Shown piece after piece: positions 40,604 to 50,487 of a stretch of DNA of 64,000 nucleotides. The DNA is from an uncultured Pseudomonadota bacterium (GTDB lineage: Bacteria > Oederibacteriota > Muellerivitia > Muellerivitales > Muellerivitaceae). How positions within the stretch are numbered: position 1 is the stretch's first letter; the number at the start of each line of letters is the position of its first letter. The position numbers and the translations under genes were made by a program. The stretch lies in assembly GCA_963770835.1 (NCBI GenBank), contig CAVYRH010000026.1:352001-416000 (forward strand), written 5' to 3'. The notes beneath the pieces were generated by a model. It worked only from the letters and a program-made list of their open reading frames with translations, made no database searches and had not been told where the DNA came from.

Positions 40604-41866
40604 ATGAACCATATTATAGCCCATATCGACATGAACTCCTTCTTTGTGTCCTGTGAAAGGCTGATCGACCCTTCCTTGAACGGCAAGCCGGTTATCGTGG
40701 GCGGACACAAGGGGGAACGTGGGGTGGTGGCTTCGGCCTCCTATGAGGCCCGCAAGTACGGCATCAAGTCCGGCATGCCGCTTATGACCGCCGAGAAACT
40801 CTGCCCCAAAGCCCTCTTCGTGCCGGGACACCACAAGCTTTACTCCAAATATTCCCGCAAGGTTTATGTGCTTCTTCGCCGGGCCGCTCCCCTGGTGGAA
40901 TACGCCTCCATCGACGAGTTCTACCTGGACTTCACCGGCTGCGAGGCCCTTTACGGCCACGACCTCTGGGCCATGGCCCGAAAGGTGCGGGATTCGGTCT
41001 TCGACCGCACGAAGCTTTCCTGCACTGTCGCCATCGGGTCCAACAAATATGTGGCGAAGATTGCGGGCAAAACCGTGAAGCCCGATCCCGCCACTTTGGG
41101 GAAAAAGGTCGGTGAAAACACGGGGGTTGTCGTGGTGCCGGAGGGAGAAGAGCAGAAGTTCCTCGCGCCCTTGCCTATCGAGCGCTTGCACGGGGCGGGG
41201 GAGAAGACCCAGCCCCGCCTGAAGGAAATGCGCATCCACAAGATCGGCGATATCGTGCCCATCCCCCTGCCAAAGCTGCAAAAATCCTTCGGCCCCTCGG
41301 CGGGGGAGTGGCTTTACGAAGCGGCCCGAGGTTTAGGGAGCGCGGAGGTCCACCCTTTCCACGATGCCAAGAGCGTGGGGCATGAGACGACTTTCGAGAA
41401 AGACACGGACAACCTCCAGCAAATCCACCAAACCCTGGCCTGGCTTTCGGAAAAAGGTTGTTACCGCTTGAGGCGCACGGGCAAGAAGGCCCGCACCATC
41501 ACCCTCAAACTGCGCTACGACGACTTCCAAACCATCACCCGCGCGAAGACCATCCCCGAGACCGACGACGACGCGGTGGTCATGAAGACCGCCTATGAGT
41601 TGTTCAAGGAATCCCACGTTCGCAAGCGCAAGATCAGGCTTTTAGGAGTTTCCCTCTCCAAGTTCGAGAAGGGGGAGGAGGTAAACCAATGGCTATTCCC
41701 GGAGATGAGCTCCAAGAAAAAGGAAGCGCTCTTCAAAAGCGTGGATGCCATCAAGCGAAAATACGGTTTCAACAAACTGGAAAAGGCGTCTTCCCTGGAC
41801 CCGAATGAAAAACACGATAAGGAAAGGGAAGGGCCGTCTTCTTTTGAGAAGCCCAAGATTAAATAA
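40604..41866 (+). CDS. dinB: DNA polymerase IV
   Basis: HIDMNSFFVSCE, ASYEARKYG, SIDEFYLD, KSVGHETTF, IRLLGV. Confidence 0.95.
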   Translation: MNHIIAHIDMNSFFVSCERLIDPSLNGKPVIVGGHKGERGVVASASYEARKYGIKSGMPLMTAEKLCPKALFVPGHHKLYSKYSRKVYVLLRRAAPLVEYASIDEFYLDFTGCEALYGHDLWAMARKVRDSVFDRTKLSCTVAIGSNKYVAKIAGKTVKPDPATLGKKVGENTGVVVVPEGEEQKFLAPLPIERLHGAGEKTQPRLKEMRIHKIGDIVPIPLPKLQKSFGPSAGEWLYEAARGLGSAEVHPFHDAKSVGHETTFEKDTDNLQQIHQTLAWLSEKGCYRLRRTGKKARTITLKLRYDDFQTITRAKTIPETDDDAVVMKTAYELFKESHVRKRKIRLLGVSLSKFEKGEEVNQWLFPEMSSKKKEALFKSVDAIKRKYGFNKLEKASSLDPNEKHDKEREGPSSFEKPKIK

Positions 41867-41890
41867 AAGCTTTGAACAAAAAGACTTTTC

Positions 41891-41982
41891 ACCACAGAGG
41901 GCACAGAGTTCGCGGGGTAAAATCATCAATATTTTGATGAAATTCTTCCGCCTTACTCTGTGTGCTCTGCGGACTCTGTGGT
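41891..41982. repeat. Inverted 9-bp-period repeat element
   Basis: ACCACAGAGGGCACAGAG ... CTCTGTGTGCTCTGCGGACTCTGTGGT. Confidence 0.7.
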
Positions 41983-42086
41983 TCGATTGTTTCTGGTTAA
42001 AGCTTACAAGTTTTTTTAAGGCATTTATTGGAGTTTGAGGGACCTTTCGATAACATAATCCCCGATAACTTTTCTGGGGAACACAT

Positions 42087-42440
42087 ATGAAAGCCGACGA
42101 AACAGGAATCCTCCTCTGGGTGAAGAATTACGAAGCCTGTGTCGAATTTTACGAGAAGGTGCTGGAACTGAAAGTGCGGTTCCGGAAGCCCTATTTGACG
42201 ACCTTCGATTTCGGGAATTCCTACTTGCTGGTGGAAAAAGAGGACCCGGCCCATGGGGCCATCCATCGCGGCGGGAGGAAGCCCTTCATTCTCCGCCTCA
42301 ATGTTTCGGACGTCCAACAGGCGACCTGGCAGCTTCGGGCCAAGGAAGTTGAGGTAGAGTTCGATTCCCACGACTGGGGCGACACCGGCCAGTTCCATGA
42401 CCCCGACGGGAATGTCCTGCAATTCTGCAAATGGAAATAA
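42087..42440 (+). CDS. VOC/glyoxalase family protein
   Basis: FYEKVLEL, WGD...FHDPDGN. Confidence 0.85.
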   Translation: MKADETGILLWVKNYEACVEFYEKVLELKVRFRKPYLTTFDFGNSYLLVEKEDPAHGAIHRGGRKPFILRLNVSDVQQATWQLRAKEVEVEFDSHDWGDTGQFHDPDGNVLQFCKWK

Positions 42441-42459
42441 AACCCAAAACGGCAGTTGG

Positions 42460-42600
42460 GCCGCAAATTGGCGCAAATTTTCGCGGATTTAAAAGCCAAA
42501 ATCTAAAAAAACTTAGAAAAAAGTTATTTCACCATTTTGATGAAGACGTAAGGTTTGTTTTTCGTCTCAATATCAGCGTCAATCCGCGCAAATCTGCGGC
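42460..42600. repeat. Inverted 10-bp-period repeat element
   Basis: CCGCAAATTG GCGCAAATTT TCGCGGATT ... ATCAGCGTCA ATCCGCGCAA ATCTGCGGC. Confidence 0.65.
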
Positions 42601-42627
42601 AGATGTTTTTTTTAGGACAAAGGCCTG

Positions 42628-42981
42628 ATGCTTTCGTCCTTCCTCCAGCGCGTTCCCTGGGAAAAGTTCTTCCTCCTTTGGTTCTTGGCCCTCCTCATGG
42701 GCTCCAGCCTTTTATGGTTGCACTACGGCTTTACCCCGAAGATATTAGGGCCGTTGGGGTCTCTGGCCCTGGTGGCTGCCCTGGGGCTTTTGTGGGGCAC
42801 CACCCGGCCCCGTTGGCAAAAGGCCCATTGCGCCTGGTGCGGCAACTGCGTGCGGGCCGAAGCGATGAAGTTTGACGAAACCAAGAAGGCCTGGATCCTG
42901 GCCTATCGCTGCGAGAAGTGCGGGCAAGTCACGGAAAAACTAAAAAGTGCGAACGTGGAAAGGCAAAAATCGAATGGCTAA
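42628..42981 (+). CDS. Hypothetical 2-TM protein with zinc-ribbon-like CxxC pair
   Basis: CAWC...CEKC. Confidence 0.65.
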   Translation: MLSSFLQRVPWEKFFLLWFLALLMGSSLLWLHYGFTPKILGPLGSLALVAALGLLWGTTRPRWQKAHCAWCGNCVRAEAMKFDETKKAWILAYRCEKCGQVTEKLKSANVERQKSNG

Positions 42982-43612
42982 GGAAACAACAGCCGCCCGC
43001 CCGTTGAATCAATCCCCCTCTTTCGCGCGTTTCGTGCTTTGGGAAGCCCTGGGCATCATGGGTTTCCTCCACATCCTTTTTTACGCCCCCGCCAATGATC
43101 CCACGCCCCTTTTCTTTCTCGGCAACGCCCTGGTTTTCGTGGTCCTTTATCCCGTTCTTTACTTCTACAGCCAGATGAAACTTCCCGTCGTGTTGAAGTT
43201 TCTCATCATGCCCTTGGGTGTTGCGCTCCGAATTTTACTGATGGCCAGCAGCTTCCTCTGGATCACCTATATCCTTTACGCTGCGGGGCTGTTCCTGGGG
43301 CCGGCTTCATGCTTCCAGGTGATTAAAAGTTATTGGGCAGTGCTGATGCCCTTTTACGTGATGGATTATTTCCTCTTCCTTGAACATCTTTGGGGCCTGA
43401 GCCGTGTGAACTTCACCTTTTGGGCGTCGGCGGGAATGATCTCCGACTTGGTCTCGGGGTCGGTGGCGGGGTTTAAGCTTGGGCAGATCTTCGTCACCAA
43501 ATGGGGTATGTTTTTCGGGAGCATGGATATCCAGGGCCTGATTTGGAGTATCTTCATCCTGACGGGTGTTGCCGTTGTGGTCTGGTTCGACAACAAGACC
43601 CGAAAAGGATAA
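42974..43612 (+). CDS. Hypothetical polytopic membrane protein
   Basis: Hydrophobic; paralog of the next gene. Confidence 0.7.
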   Translation: MAKETTAARPLNQSPSFARFVLWEALGIMGFLHILFYAPANDPTPLFFLGNALVFVVLYPVLYFYSQMKLPVVLKFLIMPLGVALRILLMASSFLWITYILYAAGLFLGPASCFQVIKSYWAVLMPFYVMDYFLFLEHLWGLSRVNFTFWASAGMISDLVSGSVAGFKLGQIFVTKWGMFFGSMDIQGLIWSIFILTGVAVVVWFDNKTRKG

Positions 43613-43676
43613 CGCCAGCTAGTAGTTCTCAGCTGTCAGTTGGCAGCTACTAAACCTTCTAAGGTAAGGCGAATTC

Positions 43677-44276
43677 ATGCCACAAGACTCAGACCGGTCC
43701 ATCCTCCGACTCCTCATTTGGGAAGGGTTGGCGGCCGCAGGGCTGGTCACCATCCACCTTCATCCCTACGCCGACCACATTTGGAACCTGAACTTTTTCT
43801 ATAACGCCCTTTTCTTCCTGCTGGCTTACCCCATTCTCTATATCTACCGGTGGAAAATAACCGATGGCTGCCTGTCCTCGATCCTTTGGCCTTTGAGCTT
43901 TGTTTTAAGCTGGGGCTTGAGTGTTTCGTCCTATCTTTGGATCGCTTACTTGCTTCTGATAGCGGGTAGCCCCTATTTTTTCGCGATGAAAGTCCATTAC
44001 ATCCCTCTGGGCATCCTTTTCGTCTTCATTTATTTCCCCTTAATCCAGCCTATCCTGGGGGTAAGCAAGAAGTATCAAACCCTAGGAGGGCTCATTTGGC
44101 TCCTCTTTTACTCGGCCTTGGGGGGATTCGTCGGATATGAAACAGGTTGGTTTGTGGGCCATAAATTCCCCTCCGTTCGTACCGACGTGGGCCATTGGTT
44201 TTTGCTCTGGCTGGGGCTGACTTTTTTGGGCACGGCGGTGGGGGCCCTCGTTGCCCAAAGGCGCGGAAATAAGTAA
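43677..44276 (+). CDS. Hypothetical polytopic membrane protein
   Basis: Shares WE.L, NAL...YP.LY.Y and SS.LWI.Y with the previous gene. Confidence 0.7.
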   Translation: MPQDSDRSILRLLIWEGLAAAGLVTIHLHPYADHIWNLNFFYNALFFLLAYPILYIYRWKITDGCLSSILWPLSFVLSWGLSVSSYLWIAYLLLIAGSPYFFAMKVHYIPLGILFVFIYFPLIQPILGVSKKYQTLGGLIWLLFYSALGGFVGYETGWFVGHKFPSVRTDVGHWFLLWLGLTFLGTAVGALVAQRRGNK

Positions 44277-44279
44277 CCC

Positions 44280-44295
44280 TGTGATTTGCATCATA
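44280..44295. promoter_or_regulatory. CRP/FNR-family-like box
   Basis: TGTGA-N6-TCATA. Confidence 0.5.
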
Positions 44296-44412
44296 GTGGC
44301 CGGAACGGGTTGGCTTATCCTAAACCAATGGCAATGAAACCTTCCGGCGGTTCGCCTGGTATTGCAAAAGGGGCCGTTTGACGGAGACAGTGGAAAGGTG
44401 TAGCCTGTTCCC

Positions 44413-44766
44413 ATGCGTAAAGCACTTCAATTCTTAAGCCGGATCACATTGATCCTCGGGGTTTTGGTTGCCCTGACGCCCTGCGGTATTTGCCATGGGG
44501 CTATGGAAAAAGCTTCCCCAACCTGCACCATGAAATCCATGTCCGGCAAGATGGATTGCTGCCATAAAAGCAAACCCTCCAGCCCGCTTTGCAAGGCCAT
44601 GGACCAGTCTTCCACGCCGGCGGTTTCACACGGCTTTGCCGCTGCAACCGCCCCGGTTGTTTCTTTTGATTCACCCCTGGTAGTTACGCCCTTTAGGGCC
44701 TCACTTTCCGCTTCCGTTGCGCTGGACACCTCGCCGTTTCGAGCACCCCTCTCCTTAAGAATCTGA
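44413..44766 (+). CDS. Cys/Met-rich small exported protein preceding the metal efflux operon
   Basis: PCGICH, DCCH, C-terminal RAPLSLRI; typical leader-gene position. Confidence 0.6.
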   Translation: MRKALQFLSRITLILGVLVALTPCGICHGAMEKASPTCTMKSMSGKMDCCHKSKPSSPLCKAMDQSSTPAVSHGFAAATAPVVSFDSPLVVTPFRASLSASVALDTSPFRAPLSLRI

Positions 44767-44869
44767 TTCATTCCTTTTGACGTTGCTTAGGTGAGTTCAG
44801 AAGAACTCGTCTAATGTTCTGTTGCGTCCCCCTACGCCAAGGCTACGGGCGACAAGCACAAAAGGAGTG

Positions 44870-46135
44870 ATGACCGTGAAATTCCCAAGAATTTTTAAAT
44901 TCATTTTTATGGTTTTCCTGGTTCTACACGGGTTGGCCCGGGCCCAGGAGCCGTCTTCGGCTCCTGCGACCGTAGACCTGAACCTCGCGAAGGCCGAGGA
45001 ACTGGCCCTAGAGGGGAACCCCCATATTCGCGCGGCGGACGACCGTACCCAGTCCGCTGAAAAACAAGTTTTGCCGTCCCTTTTCCCGGATGACCCGGAG
45101 GTCATGGTGGACACCACCTTTCCTGGAATGGAAATGTGGCAGGTGGAGGAAAAACTGGGATTCCCCGGTAAAGGCATCGCCAAGGCGGACATGCTCGGCG
45201 CCGAGGCGAAAAGGGCCGGGGCGGAAGCCCAGGACACGCGCCGTTCCATTGTGCTGCAGGCGCGGCAGGCTTATTGGGATTTCTATTACCGGCAAAAAGT
45301 GGACGCTATCCTGCAGGAAGCCCAGGAAAGGTGGAAAACCCTCGGGCAGATCGTCCAATCCAAGGAACTGAGCGGCCAATGGCTTTCGATCAAGGATATC
45401 CGCCTTCAAATGGAAACGGCCAATGCCGTCAATGACCTCATCACCAACAGCCGGGCCCTCAAGATTTCCCAGTTCAACCTGAACCACCTTTTCAGCCTGC
45501 CCCACTTCACGGCCTACCAGCTGGTGGAGGAGCCGAGCCTATCGCCCCTGGAAGGGACGGAGGAGGAATGGGTGCGCAAGTCCCTGGAACACAATCCCGA
45601 AATCGACGTTTACCACCGGGCCATCGAGGCCAAGGAAGCGGCCCGGCACATGGCGTCGCTGGACTACCTGCCCGATTTCGACGTGTTGGTTTCGGGCGTG
45701 AAGGACCCCAACGGCGGCCTTTCGAATTACGGCTACCGGGTGGGCATCAGCATTCCACTGTTCTTTCCCGCCAAGCAAAGCCAGGAGGAGGGAGCGGCTT
45801 CCGACGAGGTTTCGGCGGCCCGATACGACCTCACCGGCAAACAGGATGAGGTCATCCACATGACCGAGGACGCCTACGTGGGCGCCGATTCGGCGTGGCG
45901 GCTCCTCAAGCTTTACGAGGAAGGCGGTCTGGTAAAACAGGTCCAAAGGGCCTGGGCCGCCAGCCAGACGGCCTACCGCAATGAGGAAATGCCCCTGGCG
46001 GATTTCATCGAGACTTACAACACCTATTTACAAACCCTCACCAACTATTACCAGGCCAAGGCCGATTACGGAAAGGCTTTGGCCCAACTGGAATACGAAG
46101 CGGATGGAAAAGGAGACGATCTTGAAAAACCCTAA
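44870..46135 (+). CDS. TolC-family outer membrane efflux protein (CusC-like)
   Basis: Signal peptide, ALEGNP/LEHNP repeats, YLPDF, ISIPLF. Confidence 0.85.
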   Translation: MTVKFPRIFKFIFMVFLVLHGLARAQEPSSAPATVDLNLAKAEELALEGNPHIRAADDRTQSAEKQVLPSLFPDDPEVMVDTTFPGMEMWQVEEKLGFPGKGIAKADMLGAEAKRAGAEAQDTRRSIVLQARQAYWDFYYRQKVDAILQEAQERWKTLGQIVQSKELSGQWLSIKDIRLQMETANAVNDLITNSRALKISQFNLNHLFSLPHFTAYQLVEEPSLSPLEGTEEEWVRKSLEHNPEIDVYHRAIEAKEAARHMASLDYLPDFDVLVSGVKDPNGGLSNYGYRVGISIPLFFPAKQSQEEGAASDEVSAARYDLTGKQDEVIHMTEDAYVGADSAWRLLKLYEEGGLVKQVQRAWAASQTAYRNEEMPLADFIETYNTYLQTLTNYYQAKADYGKALAQLEYEADGKGDDLEKP

Positions 46136-47207
46136 ACGAAGGACGGGTAAAGGCCCGAAGGCGATGTTGCTTACGCTTATTCTGGCGGTGGCCGCCGCCG
46201 GAGGCCTTGGCACGCTGTGGCACTTCACCGTCGGGCGGACTGGCCAAACCCTGGCCAAGAAAACCATCTACACCTGCGTCATGCACCACCAGATCCGGCG
46301 GGAAGAGCCGGGGGACTGCCCCATTTGCGGGATGAAGCTGGTTCCCCTTGAGCAAATTGAAGGCGGGTTGGGAACGCCCTCGCCCCTCACCGGGCAACCG
46401 GCCAGTCCGTCTCTTGAAAAGAGGATCAAATATTGGGCAAACCCCATGGATCCGGCCCAACACAGTAATAAGCCGATGAAGGATGACATGGGGATGGATT
46501 TCATTCCGGTTTATGAACGAGAGGGGACCCCGACAGTCGAGGGGATACCCGAGGCGTTGAAAGGGCTCGCGCCCATCCAAATCAGCCCCTATAAGCAGCA
46601 ATTAATCGGGGTCAGGTTCGCGACGGCCGAAAAGGTTCCCATCACCCGGGTGATCCGCACCAATGGAAGGTTCGCCGGGGGCGCGGGGGACTTCGCCGCC
46701 ATGGCGGGCGATTTCGCGGCCAGCAACCCCTTGCGTACTTCAGGGCGGTACGTGGTGGCGGATGTTTACGCGCTGGATATTCCTTTTGTCAGGGTCGGAC
46801 AAAAGGCCATCGTAACAACCCTTAGCGGCTCCGGGGCCTCCGTGGAAGGAAAAGTGGCCCAGATCTATCCCTATGACGAGACCCAGTCCCGGGTAACCCG
46901 GGTGAGGATCAACCTGGCCCAGGCCCCACCGCAGGAATTGTTCGCCAACGTGGATATCCAGGCCACCACCGAACCCCGTCTAGCTGTTCCTCCCACGGCG
47001 GTCATGGACACCGGTAATCACCGCTATGTCTTCCTCCAAGGCGACGCAGGGACCTTTATCCCCAAGGAAGTCACTATCGGATACGAGGGAAGCGATTTGT
47101 GGGAAGTGACCGCCGGTTTGAAGGAAGGGGACAAGGTCGTGGACGGAGCGAATTTCCTGATCGACGCGGATTCAAAACTGAGGGCCGCCTTCGTGGACAA
47201 CCAATAA
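46122..47207 (+). CDS. cusB: CusB-like periplasmic adaptor with two N-terminal metal-binding motifs and a shortened core
   Basis: YTCVMH...CPICGMKL, YWANPMDP...MGMDF, GLKEGDKVV..ANFLIDADS. Confidence 0.8.
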   Translation: MKNPKRRTGKGPKAMLLTLILAVAAAGGLGTLWHFTVGRTGQTLAKKTIYTCVMHHQIRREEPGDCPICGMKLVPLEQIEGGLGTPSPLTGQPASPSLEKRIKYWANPMDPAQHSNKPMKDDMGMDFIPVYEREGTPTVEGIPEALKGLAPIQISPYKQQLIGVRFATAEKVPITRVIRTNGRFAGGAGDFAAMAGDFAASNPLRTSGRYVVADVYALDIPFVRVGQKAIVTTLSGSGASVEGKVAQIYPYDETQSRVTRVRINLAQAPPQELFANVDIQATTEPRLAVPPTAVMDTGNHRYVFLQGDAGTFIPKEVTIGYEGSDLWEVTAGLKEGDKVVDGANFLIDADSKLRAAFVDNQ

Positions 47208-47225
47208 TAGACCGAGAGGTTTGAA

Positions 47226-50200
47226 ATGATTTCCAAAGTCATCGAGTGGTGCGGTAAAAACAAATTTTTGGTTTCCCTGGGAATGTTGGCCATCATCCTT
47301 TGGGGAGTTTGGGCCTTGAAGAACATCCCCCTGGACGCTATTCCGGATATCTCGGACACCCAGGTGGTGGTTTACGCCCGGTGGATGAAAAGCCCGGACA
47401 TCCTGGAGGACCAGGTGGCCTATCCCATCGTGCGGGCCCTTTTGGGGGCGCCCAAGGTGAAGGGAATCCGGGCCTTCTCGGATTTCGGCTATACCTACGT
47501 CTACATCCTCTTCGAGGACGGGACCGACGTTTACTGGGCCCGAAGCCGGGTGCTGGAATACCTTTCAAAGGTCCAGGGCACCCTGCCTGAAGGAGTGAAG
47601 GTGGAAATGGGGCCGGACGCCACAGGCGTAGGATGGGTTTACCAATATGCCCTGGTGGATAAAAGCGGCCAACACACCCTCTCGGACCTGAAAAGCTACC
47701 AGGATTGGAACCTCCGGTACCAGCTCCAGAGCCTGCCGGGGGTGGCGGAAGTTTCCACCGTGGGCGGCATGACGAAGCAATACCAGGTGGAGGTCAACCC
47801 CAACGCCCTGGCTTCCTACGACCTGGCTTTCGGGCAGGTTTTGGACGCGGTACGCAATTCCAACCGGGACGTGGGCGGGAGGCTCCTGGACATCAACGGC
47901 ACCGAGTACATGATCCGGGGGCTGGGCTACTTGAAAGGCGCCGCAGACCTGGAAAAGGTGGTGGTGGGCAGGGACAAGCAGGGTGCGCCTATATTCATCG
48001 CGGATATTGCCCGGGTCCAACTAGGCCCGGAAGTACGCCGCGGCGTGGCCGAACTGGACGGACAAGGGGAAGTGGTGGGCGGCATCGTGACGGCCCGCTA
48101 CGGCGAGAACGCGCTTTCCGTCATCAGCCGGGTGAAGCAAAAACTGGAGGAAATCAAACCCTCCCTTCCCCCGGGCGTGGAGATCGTCCCCGTTTACGAC
48201 CGTTCCGAGTTGATCAACCGGTCCATCGAAACCCTGACCCATGAACTCCTCAAGCTCGCCATCGCGGTAGCATTGGTTTGCCTGGTTTTCCTTTGGAACC
48301 TTCCCTCAGCCCTGGTCATCATCCTGACCCTCCCCTTGGCGATCCTGATGTCCTTCGTCACCATGAAGTATATGGGAGTCTCCTCCAACATCATGAGCCT
48401 GGGGGGCATCGCCATCGCCATCGGCGCAATGGTGGACGCTTCCATCATCATGGTGGAGAACGCCTGCAAGCGCCTGGAGGAATGGGATAAGGCGAAAACC
48501 ATTTCACCACCAAGGCACCAAGACACCAAGAAAAGTTCATTAAAAGAAAAAACAAGGGCCGACGTCATTTTGGATGCGGCGAAAGAAGTGGGGCCGTCAT
48601 TGTTCTACACCTTGCTGGTGATTACGGTTGGGTTCCTCCCGGTCTTCGCGCTGCAGGGACAGGAAGGGCGGCTGTTCAGCCCGCTGGCCTATACCAAAAC
48701 CTTCTCCATGTTCTTCGCGGCTTTCCTCGCCATTACGGTGACGCCATTCTTGATGGTTGTTTTCCTAAGGGGCAAGATTTTGACCGAGGCCCAGCATCCC
48801 TTGAACCGGTTCTTGGACCGCTTTTACCACCATCCCGCCAAGTGGGTGCTGGCCAACAAGAGAAAGGTTCTCCTCATCGCCCTCGGGCTGGTGGCTTTGA
48901 CCCTGCTCCCCTATTCACGCCTGGGAAGCGAGTTCATGCCGCCCTTATGGGAAGGGTCCCTCCTCTATATGCCGACGACCCTGCCGGGTGTATCGGTGAC
49001 GGAAGCCGCCCGCATCCTGCAGGTGCAGGATAAAGTCATCAAGTCCTTCCCGGAAGTGGAGCGGGTTTTCGGGAAGGCGGGCCGGGCGGAGACTTCCCTG
49101 GACCCCGCGCCCTTTTCGATGGTGGAGACCACCATCCTCTTGAAGCCGGAAAACCAATGGCGGAAGGGGATGACCCAAGAGAAGCTTATCAAGGAACTCA
49201 ACGAGGCTCTCCAATTCCCTGGTTACACCAACGCCATCACCATGCCCATTATTAACCGCATCAACATGCTCACCACGGGGATGAGGACACCCATCGGCAT
49301 CAAGGTTTTGGGGGCGGATTTCAACACCATCGAAAAGACCGGCATCGAGATTGAAAACGCCTTGAAGGGCCTGAAAGGAACCTCGAGCATTTACGCCGAA
49401 AGGGTGACGGGCGGCTATTACGTCGACATCCGGCCCCGGCGGGACCAGATCGCGCGCTACGGGCTCAAGGTCGAGGACGTGAACGAGATCATCGAGATGG
49501 CCATCGGGGGGGACAATGTCACCACCACGGTGGAAGGGCGGGAACGCTATTCGGTAAGCGTGCGCTACGCCAAGGATTTCCGCGACGACGTGGACAAGCT
49601 CCGGAGGGTGTTGGTGACCACCCCTTCCGGAAGCAAGGTCCAGCTGGGACAGCTGGCGGATGTGGGGTTGTCCCTGGGGCCCGGCATGATTCGGGATGAG
49701 AACGGACTTTTAGCCGGCTATGTCTACGTCGACCTGGAGGGGATCGATCCCGGCACCTATGTCCAGGCGGCCCAGAAGCTCCTCAAGGAAAAGGTCCAGC
49801 TTCCCACCGGGACCAGCTTGGTTTGGAGCGGACAGTACGAGTACATGATCCGGGCGGCCCAGCGGTTCAAAATCATGATCCCCCTGACCCTCCTCATCGT
49901 GTTTCTCCTGCTTTATTTCAACACTAAATCCTTTACGGAAACCGTCCTCGTGCTTTTCGCGGTGCCTTTTTCACTAATCGGGGCCGTCTGGCTCTTGTGG
50001 ATCCTGGGCTACAACATGTCGGTGGCGGTATGGGTGGGGTTGATCGCCCTGGCGGGGTTGGACGCCGAAACGGGGGTCGTCATGCTGCTTTACCTTAACC
50101 TCTCTTACCGGCAATACCGGGAAAAGGGAAGGATGCGGAATATGGCGGATTTGGAGGAATCGGTGCTCCACGGCGCGGTCAAGCGGCTGAGACCCAAGCT

Positions 50201-50429
50201 GATGACGGTCTCCGCCGCCTGGTTCGGGCTGGTACCCATCCTCTTTTCCACGGGCGTGGGCAGCGATGTGATGAAACGTATTGCGGCGCCCATGGTGGGG
50301 GGAGTCTTCACGTCCTTTATCCTCGAACTCCTGGTTTATCCCATTTTATTCACGGTTTGGAAGTGGCACACCGAGGTGAATCCCCACAAACCCACGGGGT
50401 TCTGGAAATGGGTGGCCCAAATCGGTTAA
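47226..50429 (+). CDS. cusA: CusA/CzcA heavy-metal RND permease
   Basis: DAIPDISDTQV, GPDATGVGWV, GSEFMPPL, MKRIAAPMVGG. Confidence 0.95.
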   Translation: MISKVIEWCGKNKFLVSLGMLAIILWGVWALKNIPLDAIPDISDTQVVVYARWMKSPDILEDQVAYPIVRALLGAPKVKGIRAFSDFGYTYVYILFEDGTDVYWARSRVLEYLSKVQGTLPEGVKVEMGPDATGVGWVYQYALVDKSGQHTLSDLKSYQDWNLRYQLQSLPGVAEVSTVGGMTKQYQVEVNPNALASYDLAFGQVLDAVRNSNRDVGGRLLDINGTEYMIRGLGYLKGAADLEKVVVGRDKQGAPIFIADIARVQLGPEVRRGVAELDGQGEVVGGIVTARYGENALSVISRVKQKLEEIKPSLPPGVEIVPVYDRSELINRSIETLTHELLKLAIAVALVCLVFLWNLPSALVIILTLPLAILMSFVTMKYMGVSSNIMSLGGIAIAIGAMVDASIIMVENACKRLEEWDKAKTISPPRHQDTKKSSLKEKTRADVILDAAKEVGPSLFYTLLVITVGFLPVFALQGQEGRLFSPLAYTKTFSMFFAAFLAITVTPFLMVVFLRGKILTEAQHPLNRFLDRFYHHPAKWVLANKRKVLLIALGLVALTLLPYSRLGSEFMPPLWEGSLLYMPTTLPGVSVTEAARILQVQDKVIKSFPEVERVFGKAGRAETSLDPAPFSMVETTILLKPENQWRKGMTQEKLIKELNEALQFPGYTNAITMPIINRINMLTTGMRTPIGIKVLGADFNTIEKTGIEIENALKGLKGTSSIYAERVTGGYYVDIRPRRDQIARYGLKVEDVNEIIEMAIGGDNVTTTVEGRERYSVSVRYAKDFRDDVDKLRRVLVTTPSGSKVQLGQLADVGLSLGPGMIRDENGLLAGYVYVDLEGIDPGTYVQAAQKLLKEKVQLPTGTSLVWSGQYEYMIRAAQRFKIMIPLTLLIVFLLLYFNTKSFTETVLVLFAVPFSLIGAVWLLWILGYNMSVAVWVGLIALAGLDAETGVVMLLYLNLSYRQYREKGRMRNMADLEESVLHGAVKRLRPKLMTVSAAWFGLVPILFSTGVGSDVMKRIAAPMVGGVFTSFILELLVYPILFTVWKWHTEVNPHKPTGFWKWVAQIG

Positions 50430-50487
50430 GGTGTCGTCATTCCGGCTGAGGCCTGGAATGAGAGGTTAAATTCATAAGGAGCGAGGA

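Noticed and set aside
44413..44766. c-type cytochrome from the CGICH motif
   Set aside because: The motif sits at the end of the signal peptide in a Cys-rich, low-complexity protein with no cytochrome fold pattern.
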